The notes under the pieces are model-generated. The model saw nothing but the letters and a program-made list of their open reading frames with translations. It did not search any database and was not told where the DNA came from. Shown in pieces: positions 20,355-30,650 of a DNA stretch of 64,000 nt. The stretch spans positions 90,583 to 154,582 of the forward strand of contig CBDBCB010000012.1 of the NCBI GenBank assembly GCA_965202745.1, in the 5' to 3' direction. A program made the position numbers and the translations under genes. This stretch comes from Alphaproteobacteria bacterium. GTDB lineage: Bacteria > Pseudomonadota > Alphaproteobacteria > Bin95. The stretch's first letter is position 1, and the number at the start of each line of letters is the position of its first letter.

Positions 20355-21377
20355 ATGCCTGTCGCTGCCACCGTGGAACGCTCCGCCCGTCTACCGTTCA
20401 CATCGGAGGTGGAGGCACGCACTGCCCCCATCTACACCAAGCTGAAGGACCAGATCCCCAGCGTTGAGTGGCAGTTGTTTGCGCCCGAAATCGACGCCAT
20501 CAATCAGCTGAAGCGTGAGCGGAACGCTATCGTGCTCGCCCACAATTACCAGACGCCGGAGATCTATCACGGCGTGGCGGATATTGTCGGCGATAGCCTG
20601 GCGCTTGCCCGCGAAGCCACAAAGCTGGACGCCGACGTTATCGTGCTAGCGGGCGTCCACTTCATGGCCGAGACGGCGAAGCTGGTGAACCCGTCCAAGA
20701 CTGTGCTGATGCCGGATATGGACGCCGGTTGCTCGCTTGCCTCCTCCATCACTGCTCAGGACGTGCGTGACCTGAAGGCGAAATATCCAGGCGTGCCGGT
20801 CGTGACCTACGTCAACACGTCCGCGGCGGTAAAGGCCGAGTCGGACATCTGCTGCACCTCCGGCAACGTGGTGAAGGTGATCGAGTCCCTTGGCGTGCCG
20901 CGCGTGCTCTGTATTCCGGACGAGTACCTCGCCAACTACGTCGCGACCAAGACGGACGTCGAAATTCTGACCTGGAGGGGCAAGTGCGAGGTTCACCAAG
21001 AATTCTCTGGCGATGATATCCGCCTGTTCCGGGAAACCATGGATGACGTTGTCGTGGTCGCCCACCCCGAATGCCCGCCGGACGTGATCGCTGCCGCAGA
21101 CTTTGCTGGCTCGACCGCTGACATGACCAACTATGTCCGTACGCAGAAGCCGCCGCGCGTGCTGCTGCTGACCGAATGCTCCATGAGCAGCAACATCGCC
21201 GCCGAACTGCCGGAGGTGGAGTTCGTGAAGTCCTGTGGTCTCTGCCCGCACATGAAGCGCATCACGCTGCCGAAAATCCGTCGCGCGCTAGAGACGATGC
21301 AGCCGGTGGTGGAGGTGGACTCGGATGTCGCCGTCCGCGCCCGCACCGCGGTCGAACGCATGCTGGCTGTCGCTTAG
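20355..21377 (+). CDS. nadA: Quinolinate synthase
   Basis: LAHNYQ, GVHFMAE, GCSLA, YVNT, CEVH, HPEC and CPHMK; the Fe-S cysteines are intact. Confidence 0.96.
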   Translation: MPVAATVERSARLPFTSEVEARTAPIYTKLKDQIPSVEWQLFAPEIDAINQLKRERNAIVLAHNYQTPEIYHGVADIVGDSLALAREATKLDADVIVLAGVHFMAETAKLVNPSKTVLMPDMDAGCSLASSITAQDVRDLKAKYPGVPVVTYVNTSAAVKAESDICCTSGNVVKVIESLGVPRVLCIPDEYLANYVATKTDVEILTWRGKCEVHQEFSGDDIRLFRETMDDVVVVAHPECPPDVIAAADFAGSTADMTNYVRTQKPPRVLLLTECSMSSNIAAELPEVEFVKSCGLCPHMKRITLPKIRRALETMQPVVEVDSDVAVRARTAVERMLAVA

Positions 21378-21391
21378 AGGGAATCCCGAAG

Positions 21392-22252
21392 ATGTCCAAT
21401 CTCACCCCTGCCCTGCCCGACCTGATGATCGAACCCGTCGTGCGCGCCGCCCTGCTGGAAGACCTGGGCCGCACGGGCGACATCACCACGGACGCGCTGG
21501 TGCCTGACGGCCAGATGGCGGAAGCCGTTATTGCGTCGCGAAAGCATGGCGTCGTCTCCGGCGTTACGGTCGCGGCGATGGCCTTCCGCCTGATGGCGCC
21601 CGAAATGCAGTGCGAGATCGTGCGCCGCGACGGCAGCAAAGTCGCGCCCGGCGACGTGGTTATGCGCATTGCGGGTTCCGGCCGCGCCATGCTTTCGGCG
21701 GAGCGCACCGCCCTCAATTTCCTCTGCCGCCTGTCAGGCATCGCGACGGCGACGGCGGAACTGGTGGAGGCCGCCCGGGGCACCAAGGCCCGCATCACCT
21801 GCACCCGCAAGACCACGCCCGGCCTGCGCTTTCTGGAAAAGGCCGCCGTGCGCGCGGGCGGCGGCGCCAATCACCGCTTCGGTCTGGATGACGCCGTCCT
21901 CATCAAGGACAACCATGTGGTACTCGCGGGCGGAGTCGTGGTGGCCGTCAAAAAGGCGCGCGCCGCGGTCGGCCACCTGGTCAAGATCGAGATCGAGGTC
22001 GATACGCTCGACCAGTTGCGTGAGGTCATGGCCGCGGCACCGGACGCCATCCTGCTCGACAATATGGGCCCAGACGTGCTGCGGGAGGCTGTCGGCATCG
22101 TCGATGGCCGCGCGGTAACGGAAGCTTCCGGCGGCATCACGCTGGAGAGCGTGCCCGCCATTGCGGCAAGCGGTGTCGATCTGATATCAGCAGGCTGGTT
22201 GACCCACAGCGCGAAGAGCCTGGACCTGGGTCTCGATATCGAAATGCGGTAA
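21392..22252 (+). CDS. nadC: Quinolinate phosphoribosyltransferase
   Basis: EDLGRTGDITT, ERTALN, TRKTTPG, HRFGLDDAVLIKDNH, EIEVD, LLDNM and EASGG. Confidence 0.96.
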   Translation: MSNLTPALPDLMIEPVVRAALLEDLGRTGDITTDALVPDGQMAEAVIASRKHGVVSGVTVAAMAFRLMAPEMQCEIVRRDGSKVAPGDVVMRIAGSGRAMLSAERTALNFLCRLSGIATATAELVEAARGTKARITCTRKTTPGLRFLEKAAVRAGGGANHRFGLDDAVLIKDNHVVLAGGVVVAVKKARAAVGHLVKIEIEVDTLDQLREVMAAAPDAILLDNMGPDVLREAVGIVDGRAVTEASGGITLESVPAIAASGVDLISAGWLTHSAKSLDLGLDIEMR

Positions 22253-22260
22253 CCGGCTCC

Positions 22261-22428
22261 AGCAGGTTGCTGAAAAAGGTCTTTGCAGGACTGAAACGCC
22301 ATCATTCGACAGGCTCAGGATGAAGAGGCTTTGCTGAGGCTTGTTGAAATTAAAAAAGAATATTCCCCCTTCACCCTGAACCTGTCGAAGGGTGACGGTC
22401 GCGGCCTGGGATTTTTCAGCAGCCTGCT
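22261..22428. mobile_element. MITE copy 1 (about 168 bp) enclosing a REP doublet
   Basis: TIRs AGCAGGTTGCTGAAAAA ... TTTTTCAGCAGCCTGCT with internal REP arms. Homologous to 26596-26759. Confidence 0.75.
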
Positions 22429-23578
22429 AAAGTGCGTCGAGAGCCTGCACAAGGTCCGCCAGGATATCCTCCGGGTTCTCCACGCCAACCGAAAGGCGCA
22501 ACAGGCCTTTCGGCACGTCGGAATGGATGCCCTCGACGGTTGCGCGGTGCTCGACCAGGGTCTCAACACCCCCCAGAGACGTCGCCGGTATTGCAAGCTT
22601 CAAGCGGCTTACTACCGCCAATGCTGCCTCTGCTCCTCCGACAACATCAAACGACAGCATCCCGCCAAAGCCGCCGCTCATCTGCCTGGCGCTCACCGCA
22701 TGCCCTGGATCATCAGGCAGCCCCGGATAGCGCACTACCTCCACCTTCGGGTGCCCGCGCAACGCCTCCGCGATCTGCATCGCGGCTGCCGAGGCCTGGC
22801 GAACCCGCAGGTGCACGGTGCGCATACCGCGGATCAGCAGCCAGGCTTCGAATGCGCCCAGGATCGGCCCTGCTGAATGGCGCTCCACAATCAACTGCTG
22901 CCAGAGGGCGGTCTCCGGCTCGCGGGTCGCAACCGCCCCGGCCAACACATCCGAATGGCCATTCAGGTACTTGGTTGCGCTCTCGAACACCAAGTCAGCG
23001 CCCAGTTCCAGCGGCCGGCACAACACTGGACTGGCGGTTGTATTGTCCACCGCCAGCACCGCGCCCACGCTATGCGCCAATTCCGCCGCCGCAGCGATAT
23101 CCGTCACGGTCCACAGCGGGTTGGCCGGCGTCTCGATCCACACCAGCGCCGTCGCCCCTGGCCGCAGGGCCGAGCGCAAAGTGACCAGATCGCCAGCCTC
23201 AAAGAAGGTGACATCAATCCCCAGCCGCCGGGCATTCTCACGCAGCCACTTCAGCGTGCCGAAATAGCCTTCTCCCTGCACCGCCACGTGGCTCCCTTCC
23301 GGCAGGGAGCGGAACAGGCTGGCGATTGCCGCCAGGCCGCTGGCGAATAACAGGCATTCCTTACCACCTTCCAGCCTGGAGATGACATCTTCCGCCAGCT
23401 TCACCGTCGAATTGTCGGCCCGGCCATAGACCATGCCCGCCGTCGGCTGGTAATCCTGCGTCCGGCGGGCAAAGGTTGTTGCAGGCTGCCAGGACACAAT
23501 CACGCCGCCCGTTTCCGTATCCAGCCGGTGCAACGCCTGCGCCGCCACGGTTTCCAGCTTCCAATCGTCCAAAGACAT
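22427..23578 (-). CDS. Cys/Met metabolism PLP enzyme (cystathionine gamma-synthase/lyase family)
   Basis: YGRADN, FASGLAA, ETPANP, VDNT, ESATKYLNGHSD, ATSLGGVETL and LRLSVGVE. Confidence 0.9.
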   Translation of the reverse strand: MSLDDWKLETVAAQALHRLDTETGGVIVSWQPATTFARRTQDYQPTAGMVYGRADNSTVKLAEDVISRLEGGKECLLFASGLAAIASLFRSLPEGSHVAVQGEGYFGTLKWLRENARRLGIDVTFFEAGDLVTLRSALRPGATALVWIETPANPLWTVTDIAAAAELAHSVGAVLAVDNTTASPVLCRPLELGADLVFESATKYLNGHSDVLAGAVATREPETALWQQLIVERHSAGPILGAFEAWLLIRGMRTVHLRVRQASAAAMQIAEALRGHPKVEVVRYPGLPDDPGHAVSARQMSGGFGGMLSFDVVGGAEAALAVVSRLKLAIPATSLGGVETLVEHRATVEGIHSDVPKGLLRLSVGVENPEDILADLVQALDAL

Positions 23579-23671
23579 CGCGATTTCTCCACATAGCGGC
23601 AGCGCTTCTTGACATGCCAGAAAGCCCGTGTTGCTTGACCCCGCAAGTTGTTCTCTGACAGGTGCCTCACC

Positions 23672-24850
23672 ATGCCCCACCGCTCCGGCCGCCATTTCCT
23701 CCAGATCCCCGGCCCGTCCAACACGCCCGACCGCATCCTGCATGCGCTGGCCAAGCCAACCATCGACCATCGTGGTCCCGATTTCGGCGAATTGGGCAAG
23801 GAAGTGCTGGGCGGTATCAAGCGGATCTTTCAGACCGAACACCCGGTGGTTATCTATCCCGCCAGCGGCACTGGTGCGTGGGAGGCAGCGCTCGTCAACA
23901 CGCTCTCCCCCGGCGACAAGGTGCTGATGGTAGAGACGGGCCAGTTCGCCACCCTGTGGCGCGAGATGGCGCTGAAACTAGGCCTGAAGCCAGAGTTTAT
24001 TGAGGGCGATTGGCGGCAGGCTGTCATCCCAGAACAGGTCGAAGCCAAACTGCGCGCTGACACCAACCGCGAGTACAAAGCCGTCTGCGTCGTCCACAAC
24101 GAGACTTCGACCGGCGCCACCAGCCGCATTCAGGAAGTGCGCCAGGCCATCGACGCCGCGGGCCACCCGGCCCTGTTCATGGTGGACAGCATCAGCGGCC
24201 TCGCCTCCATGGATTTCCGGCACGACGAATGGGGCGTCGACCTGACCGTCAGCGGCTCGCAGAAGGGCCTGATGCTGCCGCCCGGCATCAGCTTCAACGC
24301 CCTCAGCCCCCGCGCGCTGGAGGCAAAAAAAACCGCAGGCTATCCGGTTTCCTATTGGGATTGGGACGCCATGGTCGGCATCAACCCCACCGGCTATTTC
24401 CCTTACACGCCCAACACCAACCTGCTCTATGGCCTGAAAGAAGCTGTGGACATGCTGGAGGAAGAGGGCCTGGCCAACGTCTTCGCCCGCCATGCGCGCT
24501 TGGGCGAAGCAGCACGGCGCTGTGTGCAGGCGTGGGACCTGGATATCCAGTGCCAAGAGGAACGCGACTATTCCAACGTCCTGACCGCCGTCCGCCTGCC
24601 CGATGGCCATGACGCCGATGCCTTGCGCGCGACCATCCTGGACCGGTTCGACATGTCGCTCGGCAATGGCCTGGGCAAGGTAAAGGGCCGCGTCTTCCGC
24701 ATCGGCCACCTTGGCGACTTCAACGAGAGCATGCTGATGGGCACGCTCTCCAACGTGGAGATGGGCCTGGGCCTCGCCGGTGTGCCCCACGACAAGGGCG
24801 GCGTTGATGCCGCCATGGCATTCCTGACCGGGAATGCTGGGCCGGCCTGA
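23672..24850 (+). CDS. Class V aminotransferase (serine/aspartate-glyoxylate aminotransferase type)
   Basis: GRHFLQIPGPSN, DHRGP, SGTGAWE, HNETSTG, SGSQKGLMLPPG and FRIGHLG. Confidence 0.9.
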   Translation: MPHRSGRHFLQIPGPSNTPDRILHALAKPTIDHRGPDFGELGKEVLGGIKRIFQTEHPVVIYPASGTGAWEAALVNTLSPGDKVLMVETGQFATLWREMALKLGLKPEFIEGDWRQAVIPEQVEAKLRADTNREYKAVCVVHNETSTGATSRIQEVRQAIDAAGHPALFMVDSISGLASMDFRHDEWGVDLTVSGSQKGLMLPPGISFNALSPRALEAKKTAGYPVSYWDWDAMVGINPTGYFPYTPNTNLLYGLKEAVDMLEEEGLANVFARHARLGEAARRCVQAWDLDIQCQEERDYSNVLTAVRLPDGHDADALRATILDRFDMSLGNGLGKVKGRVFRIGHLGDFNESMLMGTLSNVEMGLGLAGVPHDKGGVDAAMAFLTGNAGPA

Positions 24851-24868
24851 GTAGCATCACCTTTATTT

Positions 24869-24933
24869 TACCCTGAGCCTGTCGAATGGTGTCTTTTTTT
24901 GTACACGCTCACCCTTTGGCAGGTTCAGGGTGA
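24869..24933. repeat. REP-like inverted doublet (degenerate)
   Basis: ACCCTGAGCCTGTCGAA ... TTTGGCAGGTTCAGGGTGA, same family as 18231-18350. Confidence 0.7.
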
Positions 24934-24959
24934 GGGCTATTTGAGGTTTTGGGCACCGA

Positions 24960-26597
24960 ATGAGCGACACCTTCGACTACGTCATCGTCGGCGCGGGCTC
25001 TGCTGGCTGTGTGTTGGCCAACAGGCTTTCGGCGGATGGCAAGCACTCGGTCTGCATTCTGGAAGCCGGCGGCAAGGATACCCATCCGTTCCTGCATATC
25101 CCCGCTGGCTTCATGAAGACGCTCACCAATGCTTCGGTGAACTGGCTCTATTCGGCAGAGCCGAGTGAGTGGACCGGCGGACGCCGCATCGCGGCCCCAC
25201 GCGGCAAGACCCTCGGCGGCTCTTCCTCGATCAACGGGCACATCTACAATCGCGGTCAACGGGCGGACTATGACGGTTGGGCCCAGCGTGGGAACCGCGG
25301 CTGGGGCTATGCCGACATCCTGCCCTATTTCAAACGCACGGAGCGCAAACAGGGCGAAGGCGACGACACCTTCCGCGGTCGCGATGGCGGCCTGACGGTC
25401 ACCGACAACCAGTGGAAGCACCCGCTCTGCGAAGCCTTCATGGACGGCGCGGTCGGCCTCGGCATTCCCCGCAACCCGGACTACAACGGCAAGACGCAGG
25501 ACGGCGTCGGCTACTTCCAGCGCGCCATCCACAATGGCCGCCGCATGTCGTCAGCCCGCGCCTTTCTGCATCCGGCCATGAGCCGCCAGAATCTGGAAGT
25601 CATCACCAAAGCCCACGCGACGCAAATCCTGTTCGATGGCAAACGCGCATCCGGTGTTGAGTATGACCAGAGAGGCCCGCGCAAAACCGTGTCGGCCAGG
25701 CGCGAGGTCATCCTGTCCGGTGGCGTTATTGCCTCCCCGCAATTGCTGCAAATCAGCGGTATTGGCGATCCGGCACACCTATCGCAGATCGGCGTGGATG
25801 TCCGCCACGCCCTGCCCGGCGTCGGCCAGAACCTGCGCGACCATTACGCCGTGCGCATGGTGGCCCGTGTCAAAGACACCTGGACCATTAACCAGCGCGC
25901 CAAGGGCCTGCCGCTGGTCGGCGAAATCGCCAAGTATTTCACTGGACAGTCCAGCATCCTCGGCCTGTGCCCGTCCCTGGTTCATTGTTTTTGGAAGAGC
26001 CACCCGGCGGTGCACGGCAACGACCTGCAAATGACCTTCACCCCCGCCAGCTACAAGGAAGGCGTGCAGAGCCAGTTGGACGACTTCCCCGGCGTCACCT
26101 GCGCACCCTGGCAGCAACGGCCGGAAAGCAGCGGCCACCTGCTCGCGCGCTCTGGCAATCCGTTCGACGCGCCAGAAATCCAGCCCAACTACCTGGCCGA
26201 CGAGATGGACCGCCAAGTACTGCTTGGCGGTATGCGGCTCGCCCGCCGTCTGCTGCAAACGCCGGAAATGATGCGGTATTTCGTGAACGAGGAATTCCCT
26301 GGTGTCGATGCCCAATCCGACGACGAACTGCTAGCCTTTGCCAAGGAACGCGGCACCACCACGTTCCACCTGATGGGCACCTGCCGCATGGCGCCGACGA
26401 CAGACAAGACAGCCGTCGTCGACGACCAGTTGCGCGTCCACGGGCTTGAGGGGCTGCGCGTCGGCGATGCCTCCATCATGCCGATGATGCTGTCTGCCAA
26501 CCTGAACGCCGCGACCCTGATGATCGGCGAGAAAGCCGCCGATCTGATCCTGGGCAATGCCGCGCCGGAAGCGGTGATTCTGGAGGAGGCGGCTTAG
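24960..26597 (+). CDS. GMC family oxidoreductase (choline dehydrogenase-like)
   Basis: GAGSAG FAD motif, RGKTLGGSSSING, GQNLRDH, HLMGTCRM and ANLNAATLMIGEK. Confidence 0.93.
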   Translation: MSDTFDYVIVGAGSAGCVLANRLSADGKHSVCILEAGGKDTHPFLHIPAGFMKTLTNASVNWLYSAEPSEWTGGRRIAAPRGKTLGGSSSINGHIYNRGQRADYDGWAQRGNRGWGYADILPYFKRTERKQGEGDDTFRGRDGGLTVTDNQWKHPLCEAFMDGAVGLGIPRNPDYNGKTQDGVGYFQRAIHNGRRMSSARAFLHPAMSRQNLEVITKAHATQILFDGKRASGVEYDQRGPRKTVSARREVILSGGVIASPQLLQISGIGDPAHLSQIGVDVRHALPGVGQNLRDHYAVRMVARVKDTWTINQRAKGLPLVGEIAKYFTGQSSILGLCPSLVHCFWKSHPAVHGNDLQMTFTPASYKEGVQSQLDDFPGVTCAPWQQRPESSGHLLARSGNPFDAPEIQPNYLADEMDRQVLLGGMRLARRLLQTPEMMRYFVNEEFPGVDAQSDDELLAFAKERGTTTFHLMGTCRMAPTTDKTAVVDDQLRVHGLEGLRVGDASIMPMMLSANLNAATLMIGEKAADLILGNAAPEAVILEEAA

Positions 26598-26759
26598 CAG
26601 GTTGCTGAAGAAGGTCTTAGCGGGACTGAAACGTCATCCTTCGACAAGCTCAGGATGAAGAGGTTTTCCTGAGGCTTGTTGAAATCCACCAAACATTCCC
26701 CCTTCATCCTGAGCCTGTCGAAGGGTGACGGTAGAGGTTTCGGCATTGTCAGCAGCCTG
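26596..26759. mobile_element. MITE copy 2 enclosing a REP doublet
   Basis: AGCAGGTTGCTGAAGAA ... TGTCAGCAGCCTG. Colinear with copy 1, and the left end overlaps the GMC TAG stop. Confidence 0.72.
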
Positions 26760-26791
26760 AAAGAGCATCTTAATTCTCAGGCAGTTTCACC

Positions 26792-27972
26792 TGTAAAACT
26801 TCAGACTTGATCTGACGGACAACTCAGCTTGCGTTGCTGAGAATGGGTTGTGCATTGTCCGATTGGTCGAGCGACCGGATCGTCTTGTCTACAGCGATGT
26901 GTAACGTTTCGCGGAAGGGTTGCATCGGTGTTTTACCATAGCAGTGCCGCCCGGAAGGAGGCCGCTGTTCGTTGTACTTGGCGAGCCACGCGTCCAGATC
27001 AACCTGTAGTTCCTCAACAGAACGATACAGCTTCTTGCGGAACGCGATGTCGTAGAACTCATCCTTGATGGTTCGGTGGAACCGCTCACAGATGCCATTC
27101 GTTTGCGGGGAATTGGCCTTGGTGCGGGTGTGGTCTATGTCCTCGATCGCCCAATAGAGCTGGTAGGCGTGGTTCTCGACCTTGCCGCAATATTCCGTGC
27201 CTCGGTCCGTCAGCACGCGCAGCAGGCTGATCTTGTGTGCGGCAAAGATAAGGGATCACGCGGTCGTTGAGTAGATCAGCGGCGGTGATGGCGGTCTTTT
27301 CGGTATAGAGTTTGCAAACCGCCACGCGGGCATATGTGTCGACAAACGTCTGTTGATCTATCCGCCCCACACCCTTCATTGTGCCTCCATAATAGGTGTC
27401 CTGACTGCCCAGATAGCCAGGGTGGTGGCGCGCGATTTCGCCGTGCGCCTCTTTCCTGGCCTCGGCTTTTTCCAGGGCGGCCATCTGGTCCTCGGTCAGC
27501 AGGATGCCGTCCAGCGCGGCGCGGGCTTCCAAGGCCTTGAGCCGCTTCTTCATGGTTTCCAGATCATTGCGCCGCCAGATCGACCGCACGCCTGACGACG
27601 ACACCATGATCCCTTTCTTTTGCCGCTCCCACGACGCCCGTTTCTGCCCCAGAGCCGGGTTGTCTATGGCCAATTCAATCACCGCCTTTTCGACAGGCTC
27701 TGGCACACGGTTCTTCATCACAGGCTTGCGGCGGCTGAGATACATCAGGGCCTCTTCGCCGCCTTGGTCGTAAAGTTCTTTGAACCGATAAAAGCTGTCC
27801 CGCGAATATCCCATCACTTTGCAGGCCTGACTGACACTGCCGAGCTGTTTGGCCAGCTCCAGCAGTCCCAGCTTTGGTTTGATGATCTTCTCTTGAATGC
27901 TTGTCATTGATCGACACCCCTTGATTAAGCTCCATAAGAGTAGAAATGTCAGATAAAGTCGTGTGTTTTACA
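26792..27972 (-). mobile_element. IS481 family element, frameshifted transposase, 7-bp target duplication TTTCACC
   Basis: TGT...ACA ends with imperfect IRs. LLELAKQLGSVSQACK..GYSRDSFYR, LTDRGTEYCG and PQTNGICERFH. TTTCACC at 26785-26791 and 27973-27979. Confidence 0.93.
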
Positions 27973-28004
27973 TTTCACCAGACCAAAACCGACCGGACTT
28001 CGCT

Positions 28005-28454
28005 CTACTTCTTTGCCTTCTCGTAATCGGTAATCGCCTCTTTCAACTCGTCATATTCCTTGCAGCCCTCCAGTCCGCAGATGCGCTCCAGCGCTATCAG
28101 CAGGTCGTCTGCCTTCGCCGACTGGTCGGTCTGCAGATACAGCTCCCCCAGATACTCGTGTGCTTGCCGGTGCTCGGGATCGATGTTCAGTGCCCGGTAA
28201 TAGGCTTTCTGCGACAGGTCGAACTGCTCGTTCTTGCGGTAGCCATAGCCCAGCAGGTTAAAGCCGTCCGCATCCTCCGGGTTGGCCTCCACGTACTTCC
28301 AAAGCTTCTGGATCGCTTCCTCGCGCTGCCCCGCTTCAATCATCTCGCGCACTTCAGACAGCTCAACATTCGCGGTGCCGGCAGGCACCATTGCCATGCC
28401 CGGTGCAGTCCAGGTTACCAAGCAGATCGCCAGCACGCTCAGAATTCCACGCAT
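28005..28454 (-). CDS. Exported TPR protein
   Basis: Signal peptide, then DADGFNLLGYGYRK..YYRALNIDPEHRQAHEYLGELYL and a C-terminal CxxxC-like pair. Confidence 0.85.
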   Translation of the reverse strand: MRGILSVLAICLVTWTAPGMAMVPAGTANVELSEVREMIEAGQREEAIQKLWKYVEANPEDADGFNLLGYGYRKNEQFDLSQKAYYRALNIDPEHRQAHEYLGELYLQTDQSAKADDLLIALERICGLEGCKEYDELKEAITDYEKAKK

Positions 28455-28561
28455 CTCTCATCCTCTTGTCTCTATGGTGGGGCTTATGCCCCTTGCCAGC
28501 GCTTGGCGGCTCCAGGGATAGTGTGCCTTACACATGGCCACCAGTAACAGGAAGCGCAAGC

Positions 28562-29326
28562 ATGACTACCTCCATGACCGGAAAAACCGCCATTGTCACC
28601 GGTGCCGCCCGCGGCCTGGGCCGCGCCTATACCGAAGCCCTGGCGAAAGAAGGTGCCAACGTCGTCTGCGGTGACATCCGCGATTGCGACGAGGTCGTGG
28701 CCGCTATCAAAGCCGCAGGTGGCAAGGCATTGGGCGTGAAACTCGACGTGACCTACATGGCCTCTTGCCAGGCCATGGCCGACGCGGCGGTTGCTGCGTT
28801 CGGCGGCATCCACGTGCTGGTGAACAACGCAGCGCTCTACGCCGACATGAAGGGCGGGCGCTTTGAAACGCTGGAGCCCACTGAGTGGCAAAAGATGATG
28901 GACGTGAACATCACCGGCATGTGGCATTGCTGCAAAGCCGTGATCGAACCGATGCGCACCGCGGGCGGCGGCTCCATCATCAACATATCCTCCCTTGCCG
29001 CGGTCTACGGTTTCCCGTTCGGCGTGCACTACGCCATGAGCAAGGGGGCTGTCATCGGCATGACCCGCGCCATGGCCCGTGAGGTCGGCCGCGACTGGAT
29101 CCGCGTCAACGCGGTCACCCCCAGCGCCGTCATGACAGAGGGCACCAGGGAATTTTTCGGCGAGCGCCTGGACAAGGCCGCAGACGTGATTGCCAAAGGC
29201 CAGGCCCTGCAGCGCAGCCTGGAAGCCGAAGACCTGGTCGGCACCATCGTCTATTTGGCGAGCGACGCCAGCAAGTTCGTCACCGGCCAGACCATCATGG
29301 TCGATGGCGGGACCGTGTTCCTCTAA
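28562..29326 (+). CDS. Short-chain dehydrogenase/reductase
   Basis: TGAARGLG, NNAA, NISS, YAMSK and VTGQTIMVDGG. Confidence 0.93.
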   Translation: MTTSMTGKTAIVTGAARGLGRAYTEALAKEGANVVCGDIRDCDEVVAAIKAAGGKALGVKLDVTYMASCQAMADAAVAAFGGIHVLVNNAALYADMKGGRFETLEPTEWQKMMDVNITGMWHCCKAVIEPMRTAGGGSIINISSLAAVYGFPFGVHYAMSKGAVIGMTRAMAREVGRDWIRVNAVTPSAVMTEGTREFFGERLDKAADVIAKGQALQRSLEAEDLVGTIVYLASDASKFVTGQTIMVDGGTVFL

Positions 29327-29340
29327 GAGCGCTGGCTGGC

Positions 29341-30646
29341 ATGGCCCGCAAACAACTCGACCCTGCACCCCGCCAGTATGCGGCGACGATTAGGCTAAAC
29401 CGGCGCGCTGCTAATGGCCCGGCTGTAGCGGGGAACAGCCAATCGCCGGAGAGCATCGAACATTGGCTGTTGCACGATGCCCTCACCGCCCGGGATCTCT
29501 GACCCTGACCGAAGAATTCTGCTGGCGTCTGAGTGCCGCCAGCTTACCGGTTGCCCAACTGCCGCTCAACGTTGGCACCCTGCACCCGCAATTGATCGGC
29601 TTCTCCTGGATATGGGAGGCAGACGACGGCATTTGCGATGAAATCCGGGTCGAAACCGGTTCTCTAAGTCACCCTTCCTACACAAACAACCCGCTTTACC
29701 GCACCATAGAGTTTGGCGAGACCATCCACGGCGACCCGCGCAATCCTGGCCTTGCTGCGCGTTACCCGATCATGGCGGACCTCGCTGCCCGCGGGTTTGC
29801 CGATTATCTGGTGACGCCCCTCACGCCTTCTGGCGGTGCGCAGCAGCGCCGTATGGTGGTCAGCATCGCTTCCATGCAAGCCCGCGGCCTATCAGGGGCA
29901 AATGGGGAGGTGCTGAGCCGTCTGCTGCGTCTGCTCTCTATGCACGTTGCCCGCCTGACCGCCGTTCTGGTCTCCCAGAACATCGCCGCCGCCTATTTGG
30001 GCGAAGCCGCGGGCCGGCAGGTGCTGGACGGCTCTATCCAGCGGGGCGCAGGCGCGCCTATCGAAGCCGTAATCCTGGTTTCGGACCTGCGCGGCTCAAC
30101 CGAGCTTTCCGGACGGCTGCCACCGGAAGCCGTGCTGGCCCTGCTTAACGCCTATTTCGAGTGCCTGACAGAAGCCATCGAAGCCGAGGGCGGCGAAGTG
30201 CTGAAGTTCATTGGCGACGGCATGCTGGCGGTCTTTCCGATCGATCCAGAACACAGCCCGCGCCAGGCTACTGAATCCGCCTATGCCGCGGCTATCGAGG
30301 CCCTAAGACGGGTCGCTCAGATCAGCGCCGATCCACTTGGGCTGCTGAAAGATACCGGCGGCTGGCAGCCACTCCGCACTGGACTGGCTCTGCACGCGGG
30401 TTCGGTGTTCTTCGGAAATATCGGTTCTACCAACCGCCTGGATTTCACTGTAATCGGCCCGGCGGTGAACACCGCAGCGCGGGTGGAGTCCATGACCAAA
30501 GAACTGCAACGGCCCCTGCTAGTAACCGGGCCGGTGGCCGCCCAGCTAACGACAGATCTTGCCCCCTCGGCTCTTTCCACTTGCGGGGGATTGCTGAACC
30601 CGTGCAACTCTTTGCACCACGCATCACCGACGCAGAAAAGCACTAG
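29341..30646 (+). pseudogene. Class III adenylate/guanylate cyclase with two 1-nt deletions
   Basis: EHWLLHDAL, a frameshift near 29499, then SDLRGST, KFIGDGMLA, RLDFTVIGPAVNTAARVE. A second shift in the C-run near 30563 hides the real end LGSFHLRGIAEPVQLFAP...TAG. Confidence 0.8.
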
Positions 30647-30650
30647 AGGC

